Shown here: in pieces, positions 51,901-64,000 of the stretch
Position numbering within the stretch: the first letter of the stretch is position 1
Layout: each line of letters opens with the position of its first letter
Source of the DNA: Balanoglossus misakiensis
Taxonomy: Eukaryota; Animalia; Hemichordata
Reading direction: 5' to 3'
Assembly (NCBI GenBank): GCA_040954595.2
Contig: CM082594.2
Coordinates: 3,829,319-3,893,318, forward strand
DNA length: 64,000 bases
Notes under the pieces: model-generated
Database searches by the model: none
What the model was told of the DNA's origin: nothing
What the model saw: the letters and a program-made list of their open reading frames with translations, nothing else
Made by a program: the position numbers and the translations under genes

Positions 51901-54567
51901 TATATTCTCAGATTTCTATATTTAGTCTTATCTACCCATCACTTTGTTATTTCCGTGTCTTTCCCTTTAAAATAGTGGAAGTCACTTTCCAAACTACATT
52001 TAATCTAAGATAAAGGTAATCTGGCATGCTATGTACACAAAGGCAGTTATCATTTTTTTCGTGCAATGATTAAATAAAGAATAAGATTCATACTGGCGTC
52101 TTATGTAACAGTTGCAATGTATGACTTATATTCCAACATAAATCTCCAATGATATTTTGGGTTACACATTTTGCGTCTACTAGAAAGATAGTCCATCTGC
52201 TCACCAACCATCCATCCACTTTTTCTCCTGCTGTCAGTTTGATCACGTGACACGTGGCCTGATTGACTGACTGTCTAGTAGCAAACTAGCATCAGTATAC
52301 TCACTGGAAAAGCTTGGCATGGATGATGTTTGCCTCTGCATCTAGAAATAATCCAGGTGGTAATTAATACATGATACGCGGGGGAGATACATCATGTGCT
52401 CCCTGATAATCTCAGATAAATTTGTTACAACATGACAGACAGGCAAACCCTGAAGATGAGTTGAGTTCGTGGAACAGCATAATGGTATCCAAATCAAGAT
52501 GTGCTTCAACTGAACATATATCAACCAAATAACAACTCCGAGACACACACACTTTCCACTCGACCATGGAGTACCACCTCCCAACATGTGGAATTATAGT
52601 GTCATTAACACAAAATCGTCGCAAGTGATACCTATATCAGTTACACTCAAACGAATCTATTCATCTTATGACAAAATCTGTTGCGTGATTGGAATTTAGT
52701 TTGGTGCGTTGTCGTGCATGGCAAAATGTTAACATCAGTGTAAGATTTCAACTGAACATGATCTGCTTGTACTATTTGGTATAACAACTATTGAACATTA
52801 AGCCTAGCTGGCCTCGAGAAATTTCCATAGTTTTTTTTTTTCACCTGCAGTGGTTAATTGGAATGGTATCCCTAGCTGAAGGGATACAATGCATGTATTT
52901 TATCAGAAAGCCTTCAGCTGAAAACATAAATGCGGTAGCTTTGTAGCAATAGCCCTCAGTTGTTTTGTGTTTAACGCTTCAACTCATACCTGTATGCTTA
53001 GAATGTACTTTGTCGGTGACACATGTACCAAAAAGTACACATGCCCCTCTTATATAGTTATGCCACAACTGGCGCTACTTTCAATTGTAACTAGTGTTGG
53101 TGTGACTTTGAGGGGAAGGTCACTTTAACCACTGTTGGAAAATAACAAACATCTCGCAAAGAAAGTTGCTTAACTTTGCGTGACAGGAATACGCAATCGC
53201 ATGCTCCAATAATCATCTACAATGTTCCTTAGGACACTTTTGAAGTATAAAACTATATAATAGTCAATGGAGTTAAAATGAAGCAAGACAAATAAGGTTG
53301 ACGTTCCATATGACGCAAGCTTACATACATAATAAAAGTCAGAAATAGTTTGGTTGTTGTACGAGTGATTACCGTTTTGAGTGTCCTTGAATCGCCGGCG
53401 CCTTAACTCTTTGTTCATTGCAAAAATACTTTGACTTGCAAGAAAACAAAAATAATCACTTGATAAGAACTCTTTAACACATGCGGGTTGAGCAGTGGGG
53501 ATTTTACTCGCCATTTGCCGCTACATTAAGTCAATTGTATGACTGCCTATGTAGTTAAATACGCGAATTAGCTGGGTCTAGTATGTAAGCACGGCATCGA
53601 TATTGTTGAAAGACTGTATTAGTTCTACCAACTGGTGACGAAAATCGCTTGTTACTTCTTGAATATGAAATAAAATGTGTTATTGAAATAAAGAATAATA
53701 ACGCTTGAGTGGTTTAAAGTCTGGTTTCTCGGGTATGCGCAACATGCAGAATTAATGTTTTGAACCGGGTTCCCATTCCATTATAAGAACGTGTTTGCAA
53801 AGTTCGACACCTGGCGCATTTTGCACAGATGTATGGTTGAGGGATATTGCCGTGGTAACATTCGCCACGCACAATTACAGGTTGGACCATGTTGGAGGTT
53901 GTCTACAATTCCCCTAAGCATAATACTACCTACCAGGTCCCACTGATACAGAGCACTAAACCGTGAAATTGGCGCTATTCAAAGTAGAGATTCGCGCCAA
54001 TTCCGAAAAAATTGTCTCGGTTCTTGCTCTGTGGTTGGCGCGAAATTTTCTGCCACGCCGCGAGGACGTATAAGGTATAATTTCTTGGGTGTGCGTTATT
54101 CTACCATGCTGGATACAGATACAAGCTTCGTGAATGAGTATTTTGTGTCAGCGAATTCGGCGGATACATCGAAAGTGAGGTTCTATATACGACGACCCTG
54201 GCAATAAATTCTACTTAACATATATCTGCACATGATACATGTGCAAGTACAGAAACCTGCTCCCACCATCGATCACAATTATGTGCGAGGGCATCTCCAC
54301 TGCTGTCGGAACATATACTTTCCCATGTAAAGTACATTCTGCTTTCTGCACGTATAGCTTCATAATTACGATAAATCATTACACGCTTAACACTAATTGA
54401 AGCTCTTAAATCAGTTATAAGGCGGTGGGTTTGATGGTTCCAGCACCCACCATAATATATAGTTGAGGTTGTGGCCATCTTTAAAGCCACAAATCGAATC
54501 CCACAGACCGGTACGAGCAAGTATATAACTAAAGGTTAACGTGCATCCATTGATTTATAGGCAATTA

Positions 54568-54878
54568 TATTATACCAGTATATTGATAGTGTAAATCACG
54601 CTATTTGATTGGTCGAGACACGACACGTGACCGTGATATATTAGCCATATACCACAGTCATATATCATAGTTAAAGAAAATGCCTTTTTAAAATGTTTTA
54701 TGCAAAGTTTCAATATACTGGCATAATATAATAGCAATAAAACACCCCCAGCCATGGTATACCACTCGATTTTGACCAGTTCAACTCCATATACGCACTC
54801 GCTATCGCTCGTGCGTATATGTCGTGAACTGGTCAAAATCTCGTGATATACCATGGCTGGGGGTGTTTCTTTGCTTAA
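54568..54878. mobile_element. Non-autonomous element ending in a 143-nt hairpin (Crypton-like)
   Basis: AGCAATAAAACACCCCCAGCCATGGTATA..GATTTTGACCAGTTCA..ATATACGCAC / GTGCGTATAT..TGAACTGGTCAAAATC..TATACCATGGCTGGGGGTGTTTCTTTGCT; upstream TGATTGG/CACGTGAC segment; family assignment is from recalled resemblance only. Confidence 0.65.
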
Positions 54879-57800
54879 ACAATAGACCATTCGTCTACAG
54901 CAAGTCAGTGTTTATAAATGCTACATTCAGAAAAAATAATACATACTATTAGTTCATACACAGGTATTAGAAAATGTGCGTTTAATGCACCTACAGCACA
55001 TTTCCTTGCGCTGATTTTAAGTTACTAATAGGAGCAACCCTTGCATATTCACAGAAGTGGTGAGCATGATTATTTGTACAACACAGGTCAAGAACATCAC
55101 AACATTCGGTTGGGAGTACGCTGTTGACCTGATGACGTACGAGAGTGGTTTGATCAAGTACGCGTATTTCCCACAATCCTCCTTAAACAAGCAAGCTCTG
55201 CCTTCAAGTGGGTTTTTTTTTCTGTTTACACAAAGGAATATCCATGTGTAGGTTCTAAATTAAAAACTGGGGAGTCCATCATTATTATGCCACAGAAGCT
55301 GAAAACCTGATCATGAACGCTTACTTGATTGGTATTGCCTACTTGTCGTCGTGGCGGGAATTGTAACGTGGAATATTTCTTTTAAGTGAAACGACGCAGC
55401 TTTCAGAATAAATGTCACACGTTTTCCAATTTTGGCTGTAATACACACAGTAAAATTGTCTACGCGACCAGAAATGTTCGCGCGGCGCAAATGAATGTCC
55501 TGTGCAGCATTCAATGGACGAGTCGATAATTGATTCATTAAAATTGCGTTACAGCCGAACGCTATGGTGTCTATCGAGGGATCGTCGCTAACGTTGTTAA
55601 GGTTTGTTCGACATTATATCGAGAGACAAACATAGTTGAAAATTAACAGAGGCACGAATGGCCTTCCTACTGACTTCCATTGAAAAGTGACACTAATGAC
55701 TTTGCTGGGGAAATGAACGGAATGTCGTACTACGTTCAGAGCGAGTGTTGCAGTCTGAGTATCCCGCAGCAGGTCGCAAAATTATAGGCTTCCGGTTTCA
55801 ATTTGCGGCCTATAGAATTAAGCGCTACCAAAACATCTAAGCCATGCATGCCACAACCTGTGATTCTATACAATCATCTTTGACATATTGCAACGACATC
55901 TGTCGATCAATCTGCTGCCGAGTCTCTGTCTTTCTGCCTGCCTGTGTATCTCTGCCCCTCCCCTCTCTCTTAGATGGAGTTATTTTAAGAGAAGGTAGTG
56001 TTTTGATGCCAAATGTATTATCGCTGTGACATCATGTTTGAATGACTACTGTTCGAGAATACGATTTTTCAGTTAATGTTTAGAAGATGAGGATAAGTTT
56101 TGACAAAAGTTATCCTGGACGTAACAATCTAACGATACCACGTTGCGAAATGACAAAATACGGTAAACTGCAAGCGTTCACTTCGCATAAACTTAAGCAA
56201 ATCCTATGTTCTATTTTGGAGAAAATCACATGACTCATAAATACTTGACAATAGAATAAGCACCCTTGTAATAACTTAAGTGGCATACCAGGAACACTGC
56301 AACCATTAATTGTTATGAAGGACGCTTAATCACATAGTTTGTCCAGGCTATGGCACGATTTTTTCTGACTAGGATTCATTAGCTTCTATTCCTTGGCGAC
56401 AGTGGGGGGTGGGCGTTATCTTGGACACACTGAATTCCTACAGCCCGCCCATCCAATGTACTTAATGCTTCTGTGTAGCTATTTCCGGCACATCAAATAA
56501 TTCTACGCGAGATTTTCTTGTGGCAATGGTGTACAAACCCAATGCTTGGAAATGAGATATGAAAACGAGTATTGATGCGACGATTGCACCCACAGCGACA
56601 TTTCCCACATCATTATAAAATCGCGCGCACAGTTTCGGAAAAAACAGGATAACCGCACATTAGTGTGGGTAACAGTATGCTATCAGTAATTACAGGACGC
56701 ACAACCACCATTCGCTATCACTATGTTCAATCGATGCGAAATTCTTGCTTCTTTATCGCTGCCATTCATCGTGTCGTAAAGGTCAGAACCAGTGCATTCT
56801 GCAAAAATGCGCACAGCGGCAAGAAAACGTCGATTTTCCTCTATCAAAGCGACCTTTGTCTTCATGGGGTGGTACATAGTAACGAGAATACAAAGGCAGA
56901 ATATTTTCAATACATCCTTCTTGTTTTACAAAAGGCTTTTGGGACGCTGTCAGTCTAGCCCCCTTTATCAACAATCTATTTTTGATGGCCTTGGGTTTGT
57001 TTGTAATGATATTCAAAGGAATATCTGGTAACTTATCTTCTGTAAACAGAACTCTCGATTTACATCGATACTCTAGTTTTTCTTTTTTCTAGAATTCCAA
57101 AGTAAGGCACACCAACTAACGTGACACTGGTATACCATATGGTGTAAGTTAACAATGTGTTATTTTCGCTCAGAAATTTCCCTTCGTTTAATAACTAACG
57201 GTTTCGCGATAACAGTCTATATTTATTTTGAAAATCCGATAATGGTAGGCGAATCACTGACGACAGTACCTGTATCATCTATAGTTTGTTTTAGTGCTGC
57301 ACTTTTTCTCGTGGTTACCCAGTGAAAATGTTTGATTGGTTAAATCCCTGCTGTCCATTGTAACTGTGGGTAAATTAGCACATGTGTTTGCATACGTCCA
57401 AGTGTTAAGAAATCGGACTGTAAACGATTGCCATATAAGCTTACCTTTGTGAAACATTGGTCGTGGCAATATAATATCCTGTGTTAAAATTCATAAAATG
57501 GGGCAATTCTTCCAGGTGTTTAATACAGCAGGAAGTAATATCGCACTTACTGTCATTAATTTCAATACAACATTAATATGGATAAGCTTGTTTTCGATAT
57601 GAAATGGATGCTTGTTATGAGTGGAAAGAGGTGCTCATCAATAGTGACGGCAAAATTGATGGATTTCAGCATTCAAGCCAAATAGAACATTTAAGTGGAC
57701 ACGTGTGGAATTGATTAAGCCTTTAGATCCTCTCAGTAGCTGAGCAATTTCACAGCATTTGAGTTATGTTACCATTAAACCCATGCTATCTCCTGCATTA

Positions 57801-60800
57801 GCAATCGCTTGGTAATGTACTTTTGTCTGGTGTCACCCTTGTACAAATTGTATCACCACATATCGCCACAATAATAAAACAGGAACCGAAACCGAGACTG
57901 TCAGTTATCAGAAGCTGTAGACATAACATAACGTCTGTGGGCAATAACTAGCAAGATTTTAACAATAAATGCCATGATAACGTACATGTACCTCGGGTCG
58001 ATTTTGAGAGGTGGCGTTAACTGCTAGGACATTCAAGAGAGAAATTATCTGTCAAGATGAAAAACGAAATCATAAAATGATAGGAAATGCTCAGGTAAAG
58101 TCTATATAGTATATATATTGCAGCGGCTGAAGAGGCACTATTCATTATTTTGATAAGCTTTGAACTTCATCAGTGAATGGTAACGACAACGTCTGTCCAA
58201 TTTCCGGTACTTTATTGCACATTGAAATCTGAGCCAATTGGGTATTGGAAACAATTGCAACTTTTTTCCATACTCTTCCTGTAATATAGTATGCAAATTG
58301 GTATTTGCATACTATGTTCACGGGCAATAACTAAGACGACCACCACTACCACCATCATCAGTGTCACCACGGAATGTTTGCTCTAGATTATCACTGGACG
58401 ACATGTATGTGCCTTCACTAACGTACCAGTACGTGAAACACTGAATACGCCTATATTCCCTCTACATGGCAGCTATACCTCTTTGGCGTCCTAAAACGAT
58501 TAAACCAAATCGAGGAGAAATGTCAAGTACTTCGATAAACATCTCCCATCATTTCACTTTTAAAAGCAACACCGTGTATCTTTGTTGGAATTTTAGATGC
58601 ATGCCGATAAGCCTCCCTACATGCAGCCTAAAAATTAATTGAACATGATTTAATCCTTGCAAAGTTTGATGAAAGCCAATTTAGCTTGTTGGCTTTATTG
58701 CAGAATCTCGTTATAAGGCAAGATGATCAATTTAATGATATTTAGTCAATATGGTCTTCAAAATCAGCACAATTAATCTTTTTTCGTGAGTCCATTTTCA
58801 TTAAAAGATAAAGCACTACGGTCATTTCTTGGAATTCCTAAATGACATGATAAGAGAAGTAGATGAACGTAAACCATATGCTACATCAATTTGTAGGCAT
58901 AATCATTTATCATCCAAAATGCTAAAGTGAATTCATTGCCAAAATTTATCAGCGATGTATGAAGGTTGACAGGACTCGGTCTTATAGTGTAAGGGCATTT
59001 TAAGAGAACATTTCAGAATACAAACACCTACTTAATATACTTTGCCATATTGTCTAATTGTTAGATCTTTTGATTGATGTATGGCAGGTCCAACATGGGT
59101 GACTGTGCGTATGTTGGGTCTTACGTGTGGGGCAGGGTTAGCTTACTATTTTCGAAACAATTTGATGCAACTTCTTGGTATTTTCATCGGCTCATTATGT
59201 CTTTCTTTCAAGGATTTGACTGTGTTATGTGTGTTTTGCTGTTTTGTGTTTGCCCTTGCGGCTGGCCAAGCTTGCCGTTAAAACTTGCAATGGAACGTTG
59301 CCCTTTTCAGTGCCTACTCCATGTATCGCAGAACAAAAAAAAAGATGCGGTCAATGCACAGGAACTAATTGATACATTACAACATCGGTTAATGCAAAAC
59401 AAAACTGTTACGCTTGGGTAATTTTACGTCAAGGTACGTTTATAGCTCTCCACGTTTTCAGCCATAGGAATGCTTGATTAGCCCGGTACGAGAACAAAAT
59501 GAATTTTGCTGAAAAATAAGTTACATCTATCTTCTAATGATAAATGATCCACTTTACTGTATTACGTACCACACAAGATAAATGTTCGCTGCCTGGGATA
59601 ATAAAATTTGTGTCCGACGTGCTGGGCTCATCCCAGGGTTGTCTAATTGCGATGAAAATCTCTTGTCAAATTCTGATCTGATGAGTTTTCTGCTGCGAGT
59701 TCTCTCTCTGGAAAATCACATGCTGAGAAATTCATGGTTGGCGAGGCTGGCAGGGCCCAGATTGCGTCCAACTACGGGGAACTATACATGAGTGCATTGC
59801 ACTTACTCTGTTTGTTTCGGATCAAAGTGGGTTTGAAGTAGGCCTGGACGAACCGAGCCCTAATTTGCATATGTACTTGACGGTGTATTGGTTACTGCAG
59901 ATGGTGCAAAACAAATCATGTGTATATCGATTATGTTTAAGGTGGTTGCATACTAGTAACCTAATTTGACGAAATTCGATTTTAGTATGACAATCAAGTT
60001 TCAGCAGTTAGAATTAACTGCTATTCCGTTTACTTGAAGTTCAAAGTTAACTCACTGAATTCTTAACAGTTAAGTTCGGGGGATTGTGCTTAGTTCTTTT
60101 GGGGTTCACATACAAGGCGGCTTGCCAATATTAACATCGGGTGTCTTAAGACAGGAGAAATTGGAAAGCTTTGCAAGATTTTCAGACATGGGGTCCCTTG
60201 GTAACCGTTGTCCAAGAGAAATCTTCCCTGTACATGAGGTAGCCTTGTGGAACCGACTCGCTTCTTCACTCTGTAGGATTACACGGCCATCGCAGCCAAT
60301 GAAAAGTCGTGTTACAATGGAGCCAAACGTACAAGAAGTCTTATCGAGCATAAATTTACTGAAGTGAGTCGTGATTCATCTATCGGCATCATCCCATTAC
60401 GCCAAACCCCACAGTGCCGTCCAGCATTTAATCTGCCTAATGAATTCCTCGGATAACTAGCCCACCTAATTACACCATACCCCGTGACGGAGGCTTTCAA
60501 GCCAGATATGGCGACCAGAACGAACCCAATTCGTTTTTAAATGACATAATGTAAAAAAAAAACCTCGAAATTAATTCCACGGGTATAATTAACTTTGTAG
60601 AAATTGCAAGGAAACTATTCCATCGACACCAAAAAGGTAAAGATAGCGTCTCTTTATACTTCTCACAAAAAGGTACACTCATTTACCGCCGCCTCTACTT
60701 TCGCATAGAAGAGCGTGCGTGCTTGAATGTGTGTGGTGTTTGATTTAGAATTCTAGTGATCACAGCGCCAATGGGGCATATGTTTCATCTAAAGCTCACT

Positions 60801-60969
60801 TTGTTTTCCTAAGGACAATTGGTTATTATTTGGAATGAATACCGAAGCCGTTTTCAAGCGTGATAATTGTTACCGGTGTATGGTCTCGTCTTCATCGAGT
60901 ACAGCATATAGAAGAGTCGACCTACAATTTTGATAAACGGTGAAAGTCTCTGGTTATTTTGTCACTGAC

Positions 60970-61834
60970 CTGTAACATTTTGGACGTCCAACTCTCGCAC
61001 GATTTTCTTCATGTCAGCCTCGTGAATGAACGTCACGATGACTTTGATCTCGGGTTTGCCTCGAATGCGCTCGACAACTTGTCGCACGTGTTGTAGCGAG
61101 ACCTGGTTCGGGACTAGTTCACGGAACGCCACGCAAATGTTCCTCGCCTCCGCCTCCCGTTCAAACTTTTCGATCCCGAAACGGCCGTAGTCGTCATCCG
61201 TGGCCAGCGTCCCCACGGCGTTCCAGCCGAAGTGTTCAATGATCTCTACCATCGCTTTCGCCTGCAGCTCGTCGCTGGGAATGGTCCGGAAAAAGGATTT
61301 GTATCGGAACCGGTCGCTCAGCAACGGACTGGTCGAGGCGTAGCCGACTAGCGGGATGTTGAGCACGCCCAGCGTACTGGCCACTGCCATGGTAACCGAC
61401 GACATTCCGGCACCGATTACGGCCTTCACGGCGTTCGATCTGGAGTCGTTCTTGAAGGATTTTCGTATAAAATCGACCGTGCTGTCCATCGCTTTCGAGA
61501 TGGAGTCGCACGTGTCGCGTATGTCGTAACCGATGGTGACGTTCGGCAAGATGTCCTCGCGCGAGTTGATGTCCCGGATGGCGTAGACCATGGCTTCGGC
61601 CCACTGGAACACCTCCGAGTTGAAGTTCACGCACGCTTCCTGGATGGGCCCACTTTCCAAAGTGTCGTCCACGCGGAGCACGTTAGAGTGGAACGGGAAA
61701 AGACCGCCGATCATCACATCACCTGCGCTGAACACCCTTCCCGACGGCGTTGTTTTGACACCAGTCAACACGGGGACGGAGAACAATGACACGACAAACA
61801 GCGTCTGCAAAAGGTTTTTGCTTGGTGACACCAT
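60970..61834 (-). CDS. Class C GPCR, CaSR-like: coding exon 1 (signal peptide plus N-terminal Venus flytrap domain)
   Basis: GDVMIGGLFPFH, AMVYAIRDIN, LPNVTIGYDIRDTC, YASTSPLLSD, FFRTIPSD, DDDYGRFGIEKF (CaSR has DDDYGRPGIEKF); 865 nt, phase 1. Confidence 0.96.
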
Positions 61835-62282
61835 CTCTTCTTTGTCAGGAGAATCGAATAATAACTTGACAGTGTTGATCCGGTGAGCGGAAATTGCGAA
61901 TATGAACTCCCGAATGTGTGACCTCTCCCGACAAATTACTGTAGGCTAGATTCACCTTACCTTGGCGAAGTAACGCACATTTGTAATCCTTCGAATCTGT
62001 CGTGTGGTCATTCCATACCAAGTTCACGGTCGGTTAACCAAAGGCAGGAGGGTGGGTGGGAAGGAAACTTTGCCGTTGAACTAAAAACCGGTCTTGTTAA
62101 AATTCCAATATGCGGTATAACTGTGCGCTGTTTGAGAGAGTGGTTGTGTTACCGGCCGCACAACTACAGAACAAGCAAATGCTTGACACCGTTTGCCCAA
62201 CAACCAACAGCAACATCTGTGCGCTTGAAACTCTGACGCAGACACCCGGCGCGGTGGCAGTGACTGGAAAGGCTTCACTCAC

Positions 62283-62449
62283 CGCAGCTCAGTCTGAAGC
62301 GGCGCTGTCAGTTCTAACTCGGCATCTCTGCTAAGCAGTCCGTTCCACGAATGGCGTGACTAGAAGCCGGTTTGTGGCTGCGCGCTTCGCCAGCTTATAT
62401 TAAATGTGCATTTTTACTTGGAAATGAAACTGAGGCCACGTCACGTGAT
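62283..62449 (-). promoter_or_regulatory. Putative promoter and non-coding first exon of the GPCR
   Basis: Minus-strand TAATATAAG TATA-like box at about 62393-62402, GTCACGTGAT E-box at 62440, GTGAGT donor just downstream of 62283. Confidence 0.3.
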
Positions 62450-64000
62450 TCCAGCAGACTACACCTTGCTGCCTCAATTTGTGATTCCATTTTTTTCACA
62501 GTGTATTACATGTACATCACATACAATTATGTTACCACTCGTCACTTAAGGAAATCCTACCGCGCTATACCATGGACCGGGGAATATGACGCAAGCTGTG
62601 CGAAAGACAGTACAGTACTTCTGCCACCACTCGCTGTGTCACGCATAATATCTCCAAAGGTCGTTGCACCGTCAGAATTAACCATGAGCAGATTGACAGA
62701 TGTTCCCGGATGGTGGTCTCCGGAGGTCTAGGTCTGGACTCGGCGAATCACTTGTAGATTGCGGTTGAAAAACCCATGAAAGCGTAACACCGTGCCATTG
62801 AACAGCGAAGGCACGTCTCCCAAAATAGCAACGGGCAAATTTAATACATTAATCTGTCAGTATCTCTTTGGCGCTACTTGAGTTGTTTAACTTCCTACCG
62901 GGAGGGTATTCACGGCGGTCTGCGCGCTGCCTCGGCAGTCTGCTGCCCTTACGTGACCTTATTTGTTCGCATAACAGAAATGATTACTACAATTACAGTG
63001 ACGCGTTATCTGCGTAACAAATTGCATTAGGGGACAGCACTGCGCTAAAGATTAACAACGCGGAAAGTTTTTTTATAGAAGGTATAACAAGATAAATCGC
63101 GTGACTAAATCAGCGTCACAAAAATATCACGGTGTCCTTTACGACGCTGACGTTTTACATACAGACCGCAGTAACTCCGTGGAATTATTGTATACTGCGT
63201 GGCCTGGATGTTTATTAGCATGGTACATTATTCAGTACTACTGTGTAAAAGTTGATGACCGTTTTCAAAGGAAATGGTGTCTTTTTCAAAAAAAAAATTC
63301 TCAAAGTGTGCCATTGACGTCAGTGCATAGGGTGTATCATCACAAATGGCGTGTGTGTGTTTTTCTGTATCTACACGGGTAAGAAATACAACGAATTTAC
63401 TTGAGACCACAAAGTCTTGTTTGGCCCCATACAAATGATCCCCTAATTGCCGTTGTATTGGTCGGTTTTGTGCTGAGGGTAACAAGCAACGTGAATATCA
63501 AACATTTGTTCACACTGTGTTATCTGTAAACGCCAAAAGAAAAGGCACCTCGTCTCACATTACTAATATTTGTTTCGATTGGCGGGGCAACTCAGATCAA
63601 ACGCGCCGATATTTGGATTCAGATGGGCGCGATTCTCTGCCGTGGGAAATTTTAGACTTTGTATCAGGGAGATACTAAGATTTCAATACGCCGAGATATG
63701 GTAGAACATGTTGAAAACAAGCCATGACGGCTTGGACAACAGTTGGCGTAGTATCTTTAAGATGTTAACACACAATATGCACCAACTTTCATAATTCCCA
63801 GTACAGTTCCAATATGCATGTTTTCAGCCACGAATTCTGATATAAGGAACATAAGAGGTAACGTGTATACCAAAATATGTTGTTTTAGAAATCAGAACCC
63901 TTAATAAGTCAGACGACGCCACTCTTATGCAGTCAAGTATTTGTAGGCTGGGAAAGCTTTACAGATGTACAGGAATTCGATACTCAGTGGCCAATCTGAC

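Larger units (their letters stand above)
18096..60969 (-). other. About 42.9-kb first coding intron of the class C GPCR
   Basis: GTCAGT donor at 60969, CAG acceptor at 18096; the join gives QNVT-D-RLWVACESW, colinear with CaSR NITGKIWLASEAW. Confidence 0.88.

Noticed and set aside
55057-55251. ORF containing GWEYAVD (DysF-like word), and a CTGATGA hammerhead-like core at about 55129
   Set aside because: No other DysF residues or convincing splice sites; the stem CGTAC/GTACG is not followed by the GAAA that hammerheads require
59081-59281. 66-aa hydrophobic ORF resembling a small membrane protein
   Set aside because: Explained by T-rich composition; no splice, paralog or motif support
59678-59735. 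CTGATGAG..GAAA hammerhead-like sequence
   Set aside because: Stems I-III cannot be formed around the core; only a loose hairpin
1-64000. CRISPR arrays, operons, or rRNA/tRNA genes
   Set aside because: Spliced animal genes throughout; no regularly spaced repeats with unique spacers and no cloverleaf or rRNA signatures seen

Overview
Intron-rich, AT-rich animal genomic DNA. It is most likely a marine invertebrate deuterostome (hemichordate, echinoderm or lancelet-like), inferred from gene content and repeat types rather than established. Four genes were reconstructed by hand from GT-AG splice sites with consistent phases. (1) The first eight coding exons of a minus-strand extended/atypical SDR (NAD-dependent epimerase/dehydratase family), 3469 to <161, running off the left edge. 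(2, 3) Two tandem plus-strand paralogs (5373-7410, 109 aa; 8762-10985, 134 aa) that the ORF track mostly misses. Each encodes a small single-pass Shisa-like protein with six conserved cysteines, a Cys-rich juxtamembrane cluster and a LAMP-like C-terminal YQ[S/T]V motif, and each has a perfect CLEAR-type GTCACGTGAC site nearby. (4) A complete minus-strand class C GPCR of the CaSR/GPRC6A/V2R group (61834-12446, 4 coding exons, 916 aa). Its first intron is about 42.9 kb, and it lacks several residues that define vertebrate CaSR function. The rest is non-coding: MITE-like and hairpin elements, microsatellites and candidate enhancers. No prokaryotic systems, CRISPR arrays, tRNA or rRNA genes were seen.
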